Shown here: positions 38,445-50,739 of the stretch, one piece after another | Position numbering within the stretch: position 1 is the first letter of the stretch | Layout: each line of letters starts with the position of its first letter | Assembly (NCBI GenBank): GCA_036785375.1 | Contig: JAWMAR010000392.1 | Coordinates: forward strand, 1,054,001-1,118,000 | Direction of reading: 5' to 3' | DNA from: Leucoraja ocellata | Taxonomy: Eukaryota | Length of the DNA stretch: 64,000 nt | Program-made: the position numbers and the translations under genes | Notes under the pieces: model-generated | What the model was told of the DNA's origin: nothing | The model's input: only the letters and a program-made list of their open reading frames with translations | Database searches by the model: none

Positions 38445-39440
38445 GATAAAGAGCTGAGAAGAGGAATCGGAGTTGCCAAGGAAAGGTACTCTGAGAAGTT
38501 GAGGAGCAACTTCTCAGCTAGCGACACTTCTTGAGTTTGGAAGGGAATGCAAGAAATCACCAGCTATAAGAGGAAAGCCCCCCGCTCTTTGGACAATCGT
38601 CAGCTGACGAACTACCTGAATGAGTTTTACTGCAGGTTTGAAAATCATAAACGTAACCCTGGTACCCCCTCTCCAACAAACACAGCCAGACCCCAGTCTG
38701 CAAAGAATGGACCCTGCACCCTCTCCTTCCCATTCACCACCTCACATCTACTTAAGGCAAGACTCCAGTAATGAAAAGAGTGGACCCTTTCCCACCGCTA
38801 CCAACACTTCACACCCAATTACTCATTTTTAACCAGTCCCTGCAAAGATGCACTGTCCCTGCCTGATTCGAAGTCTCCACTATTGTCCCTATACCCAAAA
38901 AGATAAGGATTACTGGTCTTAATGACTACAGGCTTGTCACACTGACCTCTGTAGTGATGGAGACCGTTGAAAGGCTTGTACTGGCCAAGCTGAAAAATAT
39001 CACAATCCCTCTGCTGGACCCTCTGCATTTTGCATATTGGGCCAATAGATCTGTGGATGATGCATTCAATCTGGGCCTACACTTCATCCTCCAGCACCTA
39101 GACCACCAGGGGGCCTATGCGAGGATTTAGTTTGTTGATTTCAGCTCTGCATTCAACACCATTGTGCCAGAGCTACTACGCTCCAAACTTTCTGAGTTGA
39201 CTGTGCCTGAACCCCTCTGTCGGTGGATCACCAGCTTCCTGACAGACAGGAAGCAGCATGTGAGACGGGAAAGCATATCTCGGACCCGCAAACGCTCAGC
39301 ATAGGAGCACCGCAAGATGCGTAATCTCCCCTCTCCTCTACTCTCGCCACACCAATGACTGCACCTCCACAGACACCTCTGTCAAGCTTCTCAAGTTTGC
39401 GGACGACACAACCCTGATTGGACTGATCCAGGATGGGGAT
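38445..39440 (+). mobile_element. Rex1/Babar LINE RT fragment (degenerate)
   Basis: [45 protein letters not shown]. Confidence 0.85.
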
Positions 39441-39751
39441 CTCTGTACTCTTTTCAATTTGACATCTTTCCTATAACATGGTGCCCAGAACTGAACACAA
39501 CATTCTAAATGCGGTCTCACCAACGTCTTATACAACTGCAACATGACCTCACAACTTCTATACTCAATACTCTGACTGATGAAGGCCAAAGTGCCAAAAT
39601 TAGTTTTGAACACCTGCGACACGACCTTCAAGGAACCATGCAACCATCAACCATTCCTCTGCCCACCTGGCTAATTGATCCAGATCCTGCTGCAATCTTT
39701 CACAACCATCTTCACTATATGCAAAACCACTCATATCTGTATCATCAACAA

Positions 39752-40502
39752 ACCATATAACCATATAACCATATAACCATTACAGCACGGAAACAGGCCA
39801 TCTCGGCCCTACAAGTCCATGCCGAACAAATTTTTTTTTCCCCTTAGTCTCACCTGCCTGCACTCATACCATAACCCTCCATTCCCTTCTCATCCATATG
39901 CCTATCCAATTTATTTTTAAATTATACCAATGAACCTGCCTCCACCACTTCCACTGGGAGCTCATTCCACACCGCCACCACTCTCTGCGTAAAGAAGTTC
40001 CCCCTCATATTACCCCTAAACTTCTGTCCCTTAATTCTGAAGTCATGTCCTCTTGTTTGAATCTTCCCTATTCTCAAAGGGAAAAGCTTGTCCACATCAA
40101 CTCTGTCTATCCCTCTCATCATTTTAAAGACCTCTATCAGGTCCCCCCTTAACCTTCTGCGCTCCAGAGAATAAAGACCTAACTTATTCAACCTATCTCT
40201 GTTAGTTGTTGAAACCCAGGCAACATTCTAGTAAATCTCCTCTGTACTCTCTCTATTTTGTTGACATCCTTCCTATAATTGGGCGACCAAAATTGTACAC
40301 CATACTCCAGATTTGGTCTCACCAATGCCTTGTACAATTTTAACATTACATCCCAGCTTCTATACTCAATGCTCTGATTTATAAAGGCCAGCACACCAAA
40401 AGCTTTCTTTACCACCCTATCTATATGAGATTCCACCTTCAAGGAACTATGCACGGTTATACCCAGATCCCTCTGTTCAACTGTATTCTTCAATTCCCTA
40501 CC
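39752..40502 (-). mobile_element. CR1-A fragment
   Basis: ORFs 40188..40493 and 39922..40191. Confidence 0.85.
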
Positions 40503-40569
40503 AAAACTTGCTAATCTTGCCCTGTTCTGTGACGTTTCACAGAGTGCTGGAGTAACTCAGCGGGTCAGG

Positions 40570-41957
40570 CTGAGTATGGAGGTTGGGAGGTCATGTTGCA
40601 GTTGCATAAGAAGGTGTTGAGGCCGTATTCAGAGTATTGTATTCAGTTCTGGGCACCATGTTATCGGAAAGATGTCCTCAAACTGGAAAGGGTACAGTGG
40701 AGATTTACGAGGATGTTGCCAGCACTAGAGGGCCAGAGCTACAGCATAGCGAGAGGTTGAGTAGGCTGGGACTCTATTTCATGGAGCACAGGAGGATGAG
40801 GGATGATCTAATAGAGGTGTATAAAATCATGATTTGAATAGCTATGGTTGAGTCTTTTGCCCAGAGTAGGTGAATCGAAGAGCAGAGGACATAAGTTTAA
40901 GCTGAACGGCAAAAGATTTAATAAGAATCTGAGGGGTATGTTTTTTCACACAAAGGGTGGTAGGTGTATGGAACAAGCTGCCAGAGGAGGTAGTTGAGGC
41001 GGGGACTAGCACAACATTTAAGAAACAGTTAGACAGGTACATGGATAGGACAGGTTTGGAGGGATATGGATCAAACGTGGGATGTGGAGATAGGACATGC
41101 AGGGCCGAAGGGCCTGTTTCTCCACTGTATGGCAGATGCAGCATAATGTGGATAAATGTGAGGTTATCCACTTTGGTGGCAAAAACATGAAAGTATACTA
41201 TTATCTAAATGGTGGCCGATTAGGAAAAGGGGAGATGCAACGAGACCTGGGTGTCATGGTACACCAGTCATTGAAAGTGGGCATGCAGGTGCAGCAGGCA
41301 GTGAAGAAAGTGAATGGTATGTTAGCATTCATAGCAAAAGGATTTGAGTATAGGAGCAGGGAGGTTCTACTGCAGTTGTACAGGGTCTTGGTGAGACCAC
41401 GCCTGGAGCATTGCGTACCGTTTGGTCTCCAAATCTGAGGAAATACATTCTTGCCATAGAGGGAGTACAGAGAAGGTTCACCAGACTGATATCTGGGATG
41501 TCGGGACTTTCATATAAAGAAAGACTGGATAGACTCGGCTTGTACTTGTTAGAATTTAGGAGATTGAGGGGGGATCTTATAGAAACTTACAAAATTCTTA
41601 AGGGGTTGGACAGGCTAGATGCAGGAAGATTGTTCCCGATGTTGGGGAAGTCCAGGACAAGGGGTCACAGTTTAAGGATAAAGGGGAAATCCTTCAGGAT
41701 CGAGATGAGAAAAACCTTTTTCACACAGAGAGTGGTGAATCTCTGGAATTCTCTGCCACAGAAGATAGTTGAGGCCAGTTCATTGGCTATATTTAAGACG
41801 GAGTTAGTTGTGGCCCTTGTGGCTAAAGGGATCAGGGGGTATGGAGAGAAGGCAGGTACAGGATACTGAGTTTGAAGATCAGCCAAGATCATATTGAATG
41901 GCGGTGCAGGCTCGAAGGGCAGAATGGCCAACTCCTGCACCTATTTTCTATGTTTCT
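40570..41957 (+). mobile_element. Older CR1 fragment followed by a CR1-B fragment
   Basis: ORFs 40957..41190, 41097..41438 and 41411..41869. Confidence 0.8.
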
Positions 41958-43262
41958 TTGTATCACTATTGCTCTATCTATCTTTCCCTCTCAAACACAT
42001 TCTCCTGCCTTCTCCCCGTTACCTCTGACCCCCGTATCAATCAAGAATCTATCAATCTCCTCCTGAAAAATGTCCATATTCTCCGCAGATGCTGCCTGTC
42101 CCACTGAGTTACTCCAGCACTTTGTGTCTATTTTCCCTTCACCCACCTGCCCAAGCCCACTCTCCCCCCTCCTTTCCTATTGTCCTTTCCACCCATAAAC
42201 CTCTCTCTGCCTTTACATTTCACTCCTCTTTCAATTAAGAAAAGGGGAGATGCAACGAGGCCTGGGTGTCATGGTACACCAGTCATTGAAAGTAGGCATG
42301 CAGGTGCAGCAGGCAGTGAAGAAAGCGAATTGTATGTTAGCATTCATAGCAAAATAATTTGAGTCTAGGAGCAGGGAGGTTCCTATTTTGACTACTCCTG
42401 CACCTATTTTCTATGTTTCTATGTTTCTAAATCTGCTTTACTTATCTACATGCATTTTCCTTCTTAACACTAACATAGAATGATGCAGTGTGGAAACAGG
42501 CCCTTCAGCCCAACTTACCCACACCGACCGACATGTCCCATCTAAACTAGTCCCACTCACACGCGTTTGGCCCATATCCATCTAAATCTGTCCTATCCAT
42601 GTACGTGTCCAAATGTCTCTTAAACATTTTGATAGTCCCAGTCTTAACTACCTCCATACACCCAGCACCCTTTGTGTGAAAAGGCTACCTCTCAGATTCT
42701 TGTTAATTTCTGAAATATTGGTCATAAATTTGGTGCAAAAATGCTCCAAAATAAGGCTCAGAATGCATCAGAGAGCTTTTAAAACCCCAGAGCTTGGCAT
42801 TGAGGTAGTTCACGCTTCGTGCTCATGATGTGTGCAGCGCGCACACTATTTCACATTAAATTTTTGTAATCCTGTCATGCCACCCCCCTTTTTGAAAGCT
42901 TCGTACGGGCCTGAATTACAGGACTAAAACTGCACACAAGACTCCAGGTGTGGTCTCATTAGGGCTCTGTACAACTGCAGAAGGATGTATTTGCTCCTAT
43001 TCTCAACTCCTCTTCATGCCATTGGCTTTCTTCACTGCCTGCTGTACCTGCATGCTTACATTCATTGACTGATTAACAAGGTCCCCCAGATCCCTTTGTA
43101 CTTCCCCTTTTCCCAACTTGACACCATTTAGATAGTAAACTGCCTTCCTGTTTTGCTACCAAAGTGGATAACCTCACATTTATCCTCATTAAACTGCATC
43201 TGCCATGCATCTGCCCACTCACCCAACCTATCCAAGTCATCCTGCATTCTCATAGCAATGCT

Positions 43263-43774
43263 ATAGGGTGATTTCACCAAAGGTCAAATGAGCGTAGATC
43301 CCCCCTCACGTGACCGAAAATTTTAACTGGAGGACATATGTCAGATCGGTACATGTTAGTGAATGGGGAAACACGCACTTTCCCACCCGTTAAAAACATG
43401 GAAAACGGCCGATTTTTGAGCTGAAATTTTCTGTGCTAGTCGGGGTGACCGTGAAGCACAGCGACCTAAATTTTCAGGCAAAAAAAAAGATAGAAAGTAA
43501 GGTAATTACAAGAGGGAACTGAAGGTAGAAAACAGCGGAAGTGAACAGCTGACATTTGCCGTGGAGATTTTAAGATCCAAAATATCGGGAATTATCGCGT
43601 TTGCTCGCTGAATTTCATCAAAAGTAAAGCATTATTAACTTACTTTTGATGAAATTCAGCGAGCAAACGCGATTCACTAACATGTACCGATCTGACATAT
43701 GTCCTCCAGTTAAAATTTTCGGTCACGTGAGGGGGGGATCTATGCTCATTTGACCTTTGGTGAAATCACCCTAT
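43263..43774. mobile_element. MITE-like non-autonomous element with ~102-bp TIRs and an internal 34-bp perfect hairpin
   Basis: 43263-43364 is the reverse complement of 43672-43774. Hairpin arms at 43594-43627 and 43640-43673. Confidence 0.8.
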
Positions 43775-44014
43775 TGGAGAAACAATCTTTGCTCTGGGTT
43801 GGCGTCATGTTTCCTGCACGATTTTGCAACTTCCTGTCATCATAAAGACACTGACTAAATGTTCCGCCTCTGAATCAAATCACCCCCCGCATCAACAGTT
43901 TATGAACGGGGGAGATAATAGCTATTTACACTGAGGCTGGAAACTATAATCTATCATGACCTGGTTCTGAAGGAAGCCAAGGCCAGGTCTGAGTGAGATC
44001 ACCACAGGGGATAT

Positions 44015-45052
44015 CGAATCATGAGAGGAATAGAATCAGTGGATGCACAGAATCTCCTGCCCAGAGTAGGGGAATCAACGACCAGAGGACATATGTTCAA
44101 AGTGAAGGGGGAAAGATTTAATAGGAATCTGAGGGGTAACTTTCTCACACAAAGGATGGTGGGTGAATGGAACAAGCTGCCAGACTGGATATACTTGGTT
44201 TATACTCTCTAGAATTTAGAAGATTGAGAGGGGATCTTATAGAAACTTACAAAATTCTTAAGGGGTTGGACAGGCTAGATGCAGGAAGATTGTTCCCGAT
44301 GTTAGGGAAGTCCAGGACAAGGGGTCACAGCTTAAGGATAAAGGGGAAATCCTTTAAAACCGAGATGAGAAGAACTTTTTTCACACAGAGAGTGGTGAAT
44401 CTCTGGAACTCTCTGCCACAGAGGGTAGTTGAGGCCAGTTCATTGGCTATATTTAAGAGGGAGTTAGATGTGGCCCTTGTGGCTAAGGGGATCAGGGGGT
44501 ATGGAGAGAAGGCAGGTACGGGATACTGAGTTGGATGATCAGTCATGATCATATTGAATGGCGGTGCAGGCTCGAAGGGCCGAATGGCCTACTCCTGCAC
44601 CTAATTTCTATGTTTCTATGTTTCTAGGAGGTAACTGAGGCAGGGATAACACCAATGTTTAAGAAACAGCAAGACAGTTACATGGATAGGGCAAGTTTGG
44701 AGGGATATGGACCAAACACAGTCAGGTGGGACTAGTGTAGCTGGGACATGATGGCCAGTGTGGGCTGAAAGGCCTGTTTCCACACTGTATCTCTATGACA
44801 TTATTCTATAACATCACCACACTTCACCCTGGTGTTGTAGATTGAACATCGAACAAGTGAAGGTGGTGGAGGCAGGTTCGTTTTTATCATTTAAAAATAA
44901 ATTGGATAGTTACATGGATGGGAAGGAAATGGAGGGTTATGGTCTGAGCGCAGGTATATGGGACTAGGGGAGATTATGTGTTCGGCACGGACTAGAAGGG
45001 TCGAGATGGCCTGTTTCCGTGCTGTAATTGTTATATGGTTATTATATGGTTA
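44015..45052 (+). mobile_element. Nested CR1 fragments (CR1-B 44181-44625 inside an older CR1; CR1-A tail 44855-45052)
   Basis: ORF 44167..44529. The host sequence ...gctgccag / gaggtaactgagg resumes after the insert. Confidence 0.8.
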
Positions 45053-46384
45053 ATACACATAGACACAAAACACTGGAGTAACTCAGTGGGACAGGCAACA
45101 TCTCTGGAGAAAAAGAAAGGGTGACGTTTCAGGTCGAGACCCTCCGTCAGACTAGTTAGGTATAAGATATAGATGGTGATGTGGAGTGTTAAGGAATAAG
45201 GAAGATATGCAAAAATGTAACGCTGATAAAAGAAAAAGGCCATTGTCAGCTGTTTGTTGGGTGAAAATGAGAAGCTAGTGTTTCTTGGGTGGGGGAGGGA
45301 TAGAGAGAGAGGGGGAATGCCAGGGTTACATGAAGTTGGAGTAATCAATATCATACCACTGCCCAAGCAAAATTGAAGTTAGATAAAAATGCTGGAGAAA
45401 CTCAGCGGGTGCGGCAGCATCTGTGGAGCGAAGGAATAGGTTACATTTCGGGTCGAGACCCTTCTTCAGACATGAGATACTGTGCCTGCAATTTGCATTC
45501 AGCCTCATTCTGACAATGAACCGTTAAGTGCCTGAGAACAGGTTTACCAAACACACAGTGACAAGGAGCAGCTGCTGAGCTCAAAGCTGCTGAGCATCTG
45601 CTATAGGATCTTTGGTTGCAACTGATAACAACCCAGGCACAATGTGATTCCTTCATAATGCTCGTGGTGCTTGGTACATTCCAATCGCCCTATATAGATA
45701 AGCAAGCCTATTTCAGCTGTGTGTTCTGTGTGAAAGTTGTTCATTGAATGCCCAATGTCTTTGTCTGATCGCTATGTTCAGTCCTTAGTCTTTTAGTTGC
45801 ACCTCCATAGTGTCTTTCATCATGTTCCTTCCCCAACTCACAGTAAGGGTCGAATGGCCTACTCCTGCACCTAATTTCTATGTTTCTATGTTTCTATGAT
45901 CACTGGTCAGCACAGACTCAGTCGAAACCCACGCAGGTTACGGGGAGAACGCACAAACTCCGTACACTAGTACCATCCTACACAATTTTGCCAAAGCCAA
46001 TTAACCTGCAAATCTATAGTCGGGATTGAACCTGGGTCTCTGGTCTGTGAGGCAGCAACTCTACCGCTGTGCCACTGTTTCGCCCAGCACTGTGCATTTA
46101 TATAAAGTCTTTACCAGTGGACCTGAAGAAGGCATCCATTGTCATCAAAGATCCACACCACCCTGGCCACACACTAACCTCACTGCTACCCTCAGGAAAA
46201 AGGTACTGGAGCCCAAAAACTGACCCCCACATTTAAAACCAGCTTCTTCCCTTTCAGACAGAAACATACAGAGTAACTGCAGGAGTAGGCCATTCAGCCC
46301 TTCGAGCCAGCACCGCCATTCAATATGATCATGGCTGATCATCCAGAATCTGTACCTGGTTCCTGCTTTCTCCCCATATCCCTT

Positions 46385-46882
46385 AATTCAGATTCAGATT
46401 CAGATTCAGATTCAATTTTAATTGTCATTGTCAGTGTACAGTACAGAGACAATGAAATGCATTTAGCATCTCCCTGGAAGAGCGACATAGCAAACGATTT
46501 GAATAAATAATAATAAGTGTCCGGGGGGGGGTGGTGATTGGCAGTCACCGAGGTACGTTGTTGAGTAGAGTGACAGCCGCCGGAAAGAAGCTGTTCCTTG
46601 ACCTGCTGGTTCGGCAACGGAGAGACCTGTAGCGCCTCCCGGATGGTAGGAGGGTAAACAGTCCATGGTTGGGGTGAGAGCAGTCCTTGGCGATGTTGAG
46701 CGCCCTCCGCAGACAGCGCTTGCTTTGGACAGACTCAATGGAGGGGAGCGAGGAACCGGTGATGCGTTGGGCAATTTTCACCACCCTCTGCAATGCCTTC
46801 CGGTCGGAGACAGAGCAGTTGCCATACCATACTGTGATGCAGTTGGTAAGGATGCTCTCGATGGTGCAGCGGTAGAAGTTCA
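46385..46882 (-). mobile_element. Rex1/Babar 3' end with (TGAATC)n tail (related copies at 58540-58745 and 61603-62140)
   Basis: NFYRCTIESILTNCITVWYG...HP...LLPSGRRYRS...NSFFP. Confidence 0.85.
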
Positions 46883-48227
46883 CCATTCCATTAGCCTAAT
46901 GGCTAAATCTGACTCTCTCTTGAAAACATCCAGTGAATTGGCCTCCACTGCCTTCTGTGGCAGATAATTCCACAGATTCACAACTTTCTGGGTAAAAAAG
47001 CTTTTCCTCATCTCAGTCCTAAATGGCCGACCCCTTATTCTTAGATTATGACCCCTGATTCTGGACTCCCCCCAACATCGGGAACATTTCTCCTGCATCT
47101 ATCCTGTCCAATCCCTTAATAATTTTAAATGTTTCTCAAAGATGCCCTCTCATCCGTCTGAATTCCAGTGAATGTAAGCCGAGTTGATCCATTCGTTCAT
47201 CATATGTCAGTCCCACCATCCCAGGAATTAATCTGGTGAACCTATGCTGCACTCCCTCAGGAGTGTACTCAGGGGCTTTTGACCTTCTCTCACTTTTGAC
47301 CCTCAGGCTCTTGAATAACCCTGCAGGTTGTTGAGATTGAACCCCGGTCTCCAGCGCTGTAAGGTAGCAACTCTACCACTGTGCCACAGTGATGTTTGAT
47401 GGCCAGCATGGACTTGATGGGTTGAAGAGCCTGTTCCAATGCTGTTTGGACATCTTAGGGAGATTCTTCCATGGTTTTTGTTTTTGTATGTTTCAGTCTG
47501 AATGAAGTTTATTTTTTGGAAGATAAAACACTGGCTAACATTGGTCGAATGATTGAACTGAGAAGTGGTCATTGCAAGAAGATGTACCGTGTGACCTGCG
47601 ACCCACTTCATGTAGAAACACACCATTTGCTTCATGTACAGCCCATTGTTCTGCTTATCAGTCTGCGGCTTTCTTTGCTGCAGAGCAGGACTAACAGCAG
47701 TATCCTTTGCTCTGTGGTTTAATAATCAGGAAGTCATATTTCAAAGAAACAGAGCGTCGAGCCGCCAACTCTCCACCATCTGGATTAGCAAGTGAACAAA
47801 CTTGTGCAAGAATCAAGAGTTAAGTCAAGAGTGTTTTATTGTCATATGTGCCAGATAGAACAATGAAATTCTTACTTGCAGCAGCACAGCAGAGTACGTA
47901 TGGAAACATATCGTAGGAAGGAACTGCAGATGCTGGCTCAAACCGAAGATAGACACAAAAAGCTGGAATAACTCAGGGGGACGGGCAGCATCTGTAGAGG
48001 GAAGGAACGGGTGACGTTTTGGGTCGAGACCATTCTATAAACTGTAAACATTGCACACTGTAAACAATATAATAAACTGAAAAAAAAAAATCAGTATGTG
48101 CACATGAACTCAGTTTAGTTTATTGTCTCGTGTACCGAGGTACAGTGAAAAGCACTTGTTGCGTGCTAACCAGTTGGCAGAAAGACAATACATGATTACA
48201 ATCGATCCATTTACAGTGGACAGATAC

Positions 48228-49030
48228 ATAACCATATAACCATATAACCATATAACAATTACAGCACGGAAACAGGCCATCTCGGCCCTACAAGTCCGTG
48301 CCGAACAACTTTTTTCCCTTAGTCCCACCTGCACTGCACTCATACCATAACCCTCCATTCCCTTCTCATCCATATGCCTATCCAATTTATTTTTAAATGA
48401 TACCAATGAACCTGCCTCCACCACTTCCACTGGAAGCTCATTCCACACCGCTACCACTCTCTGAGTAAAGAAGTTCCCCCTCATGTTACCCCTAAACTTC
48501 TGTCCCTTAATTCTGAAGTCATGTCCTCTTGTTTGAAACTTCCCTATTCTCAAAGGGAAAATCTTGTCCACATCAGCTCTGTCTATCCCTCTCATCATTT
48601 TAAAGACCTCTATCAAGTCCCCCCTTAACCCTCTGCGCTCCAGAGAATAAAGACCTAACTTATTCAACCTATCTCTGTAACTTAGTTGTTGAAACCCAGG
48701 CAACATTCTAGTAAATCTCCTCTGTACTCTCTCTATTTTGTTGACATCCTTCGTATAATTGGGCGACCAAAATTGTACACCATACTCCAGATTTGGTCTC
48801 ACCAATGCCTTGTACAATTTTAACATTACATCCCAGCTTCTATACTCAATGCTCTGATTTATAAAGGCTAGCATACCAAAAGCTTTCTTTACCACCCTAT
48901 CTATATGAGATTCCACCTTCAAGGAACTATGCACGGTTATTCCCAGATCCCTCTGTTCAACTGTATTCTTCAATTCCTACCATTTACCATGTACGTCCTA
49001 TTTTGATTTGTCCTGCCAAGGTGTAGCACC
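48228..49030 (-). mobile_element. CR1-A fragment
   Basis: ORF 48110..48973. Confidence 0.85.
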
Positions 49031-49678
49031 TTGTAGCTGTTGCCTGACAACAGCTGGGAAGTAACTGTCCTTGAATCTAGAGGTGTGCATTTTCACACTT
49101 CTGTACCTTTTGCCTGATGGGAGAGGGGAGTAGAGGAAATAGCTAGGGTGAGACCCATCCTTGATCATGCTGCTGGCCTTGTTAAGGCAGAATGAAGTGT
49201 AGATGGAGTTAATAGAGGGGAGGTTGGTTTGTGTAATGGTCTGGGATGCGTACACGATTTGCTGCAATTTCTTGCGGTCTTGCTGAGTTACTCCAGCTTT
49301 TTGTGTCTAGCTTTAGTTTAAACCAGCTTCTGCATTTCCTTCTTAAACACATTTCCTCTGCTCTTTGGGCCTGGCACCAGTGAACTTATCACTCTCCAAC
49401 ATCACAACTTCCTTCCTTATCCCACATATTCATTTAAACAGTTTATTTATGATGAAGTACCTTTATTGACTCTGCAAAGAGAAAATGGGAAATAAATTTA
49501 CTTTGCTTTAGAGATACAGTGGTGTGGCTGGAACACGCAGATCAGTTTTGTATTAAACGCCTACTATGTTCTGTGTGCTGAAGCAAAGCAAGAATTTCAT
49601 TGTCCTATCAGGGACACATGACAATAAATTCACTTGACACTTGAAATGTCCAGCCAGGAATAATACAGACACAAGGTT

Positions 49679-50737
49679 TAACCATATAACCATATAACAA
49701 TTACCGCACGGAAACAGGCCATCTCGACCCTTCTAGTCCGTGCCGAACACATAATCTCCCCTAGTCCCATATACCTGCGCTCAGGCCATAACCCTCCATT
49801 CCCTTCCCATCCATATAACTATCCAATTTATTTTTAAATGATAAAAATGAACCTGCCTCCACCACCTTCACTGGAAGCTCATTCCACACAGCTACCACTC
49901 TCTGAGTAAAGAAGTTCCCCCTCATGCTACCCCTAAACTTCAGTCCCTTAATTCTCATGTCATGTCCCCTTGTTTGAATCTTCCCTACTCTCAGTGGGAA
50001 AAGCTTGTCCACGTCAACTCTGTCTATCCCTCTCATCATTTTAAAAACCTCTATCAAGTCCCCCCTTAACCTTCTGCGCTCCAAAGAATAAAGCCCTAAC
50101 TTGTTCAACCTTTCTCTGTAACTTGGATTGGTTTGTGCAAGCAATTGTCGTTTCTTCTTCATAGAAACATAGAAATTAGGTGCAGGAGTAGACCATTCGG
50201 CCCTTCGAGCCTGCACCGCCATTCAATATGATCATAGCTGATCATCCAACTCAGTATCCCGTACCTGCCTTCTCTCCATACCCCCTGATCCCCTTAGCCA
50301 CAAGGGCCACATCTAACTCCCTCTTAAATATAGCCAATGAACTGGCCTCAACTACCCTCTGTGGCAGAGAGTTCCAGAGATTCACCACTCTCTGTGTGAA
50401 AAAAGTTCTTCTCATCTCGGTTTTAAAGGATTTCCCCTTTATCCTTAAGCTGTGACCCCTTGTCCTGGACTTCCCTAACATCGGGAACAATCTTCCTGCA
50501 TCTAGCCTGTCCAACCCCTTAAGAATTTTGTAAGTTTCTATAAGATCCCCTCTCAATCTCCTAAATTCTAGAGAGTATAAACCAAGTCTATCCAGTCTTT
50601 CTTCATAAGACAGTCCTGACATCCCAGGAATTAGTCTGGTGAACCGTCTCTGCACTCCCTCTATGGCAATAATGTCCTTCCTCAGATTTGGAGACCAAAA
50701 CTGTACGCAATACTCCAGGTGTGGTCTCACCAAGACA
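49679..50737 (-). mobile_element. Adjacent CR1-A (49679-50124) and CR1-B (50160-50737) 3' fragments
   Basis: ORFs 49761..50222 and 50251..50733. Confidence 0.85.
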
Positions 50738-50739
50738 CT

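Noticed and set aside
45745-45848. Minus-strand frame YCELGKEHDERHYGGATKRLRTEHSDQTKTLGIQ*
   Set aside because: No acceptor (it abuts a CR1 tail) and no recognisable homology.
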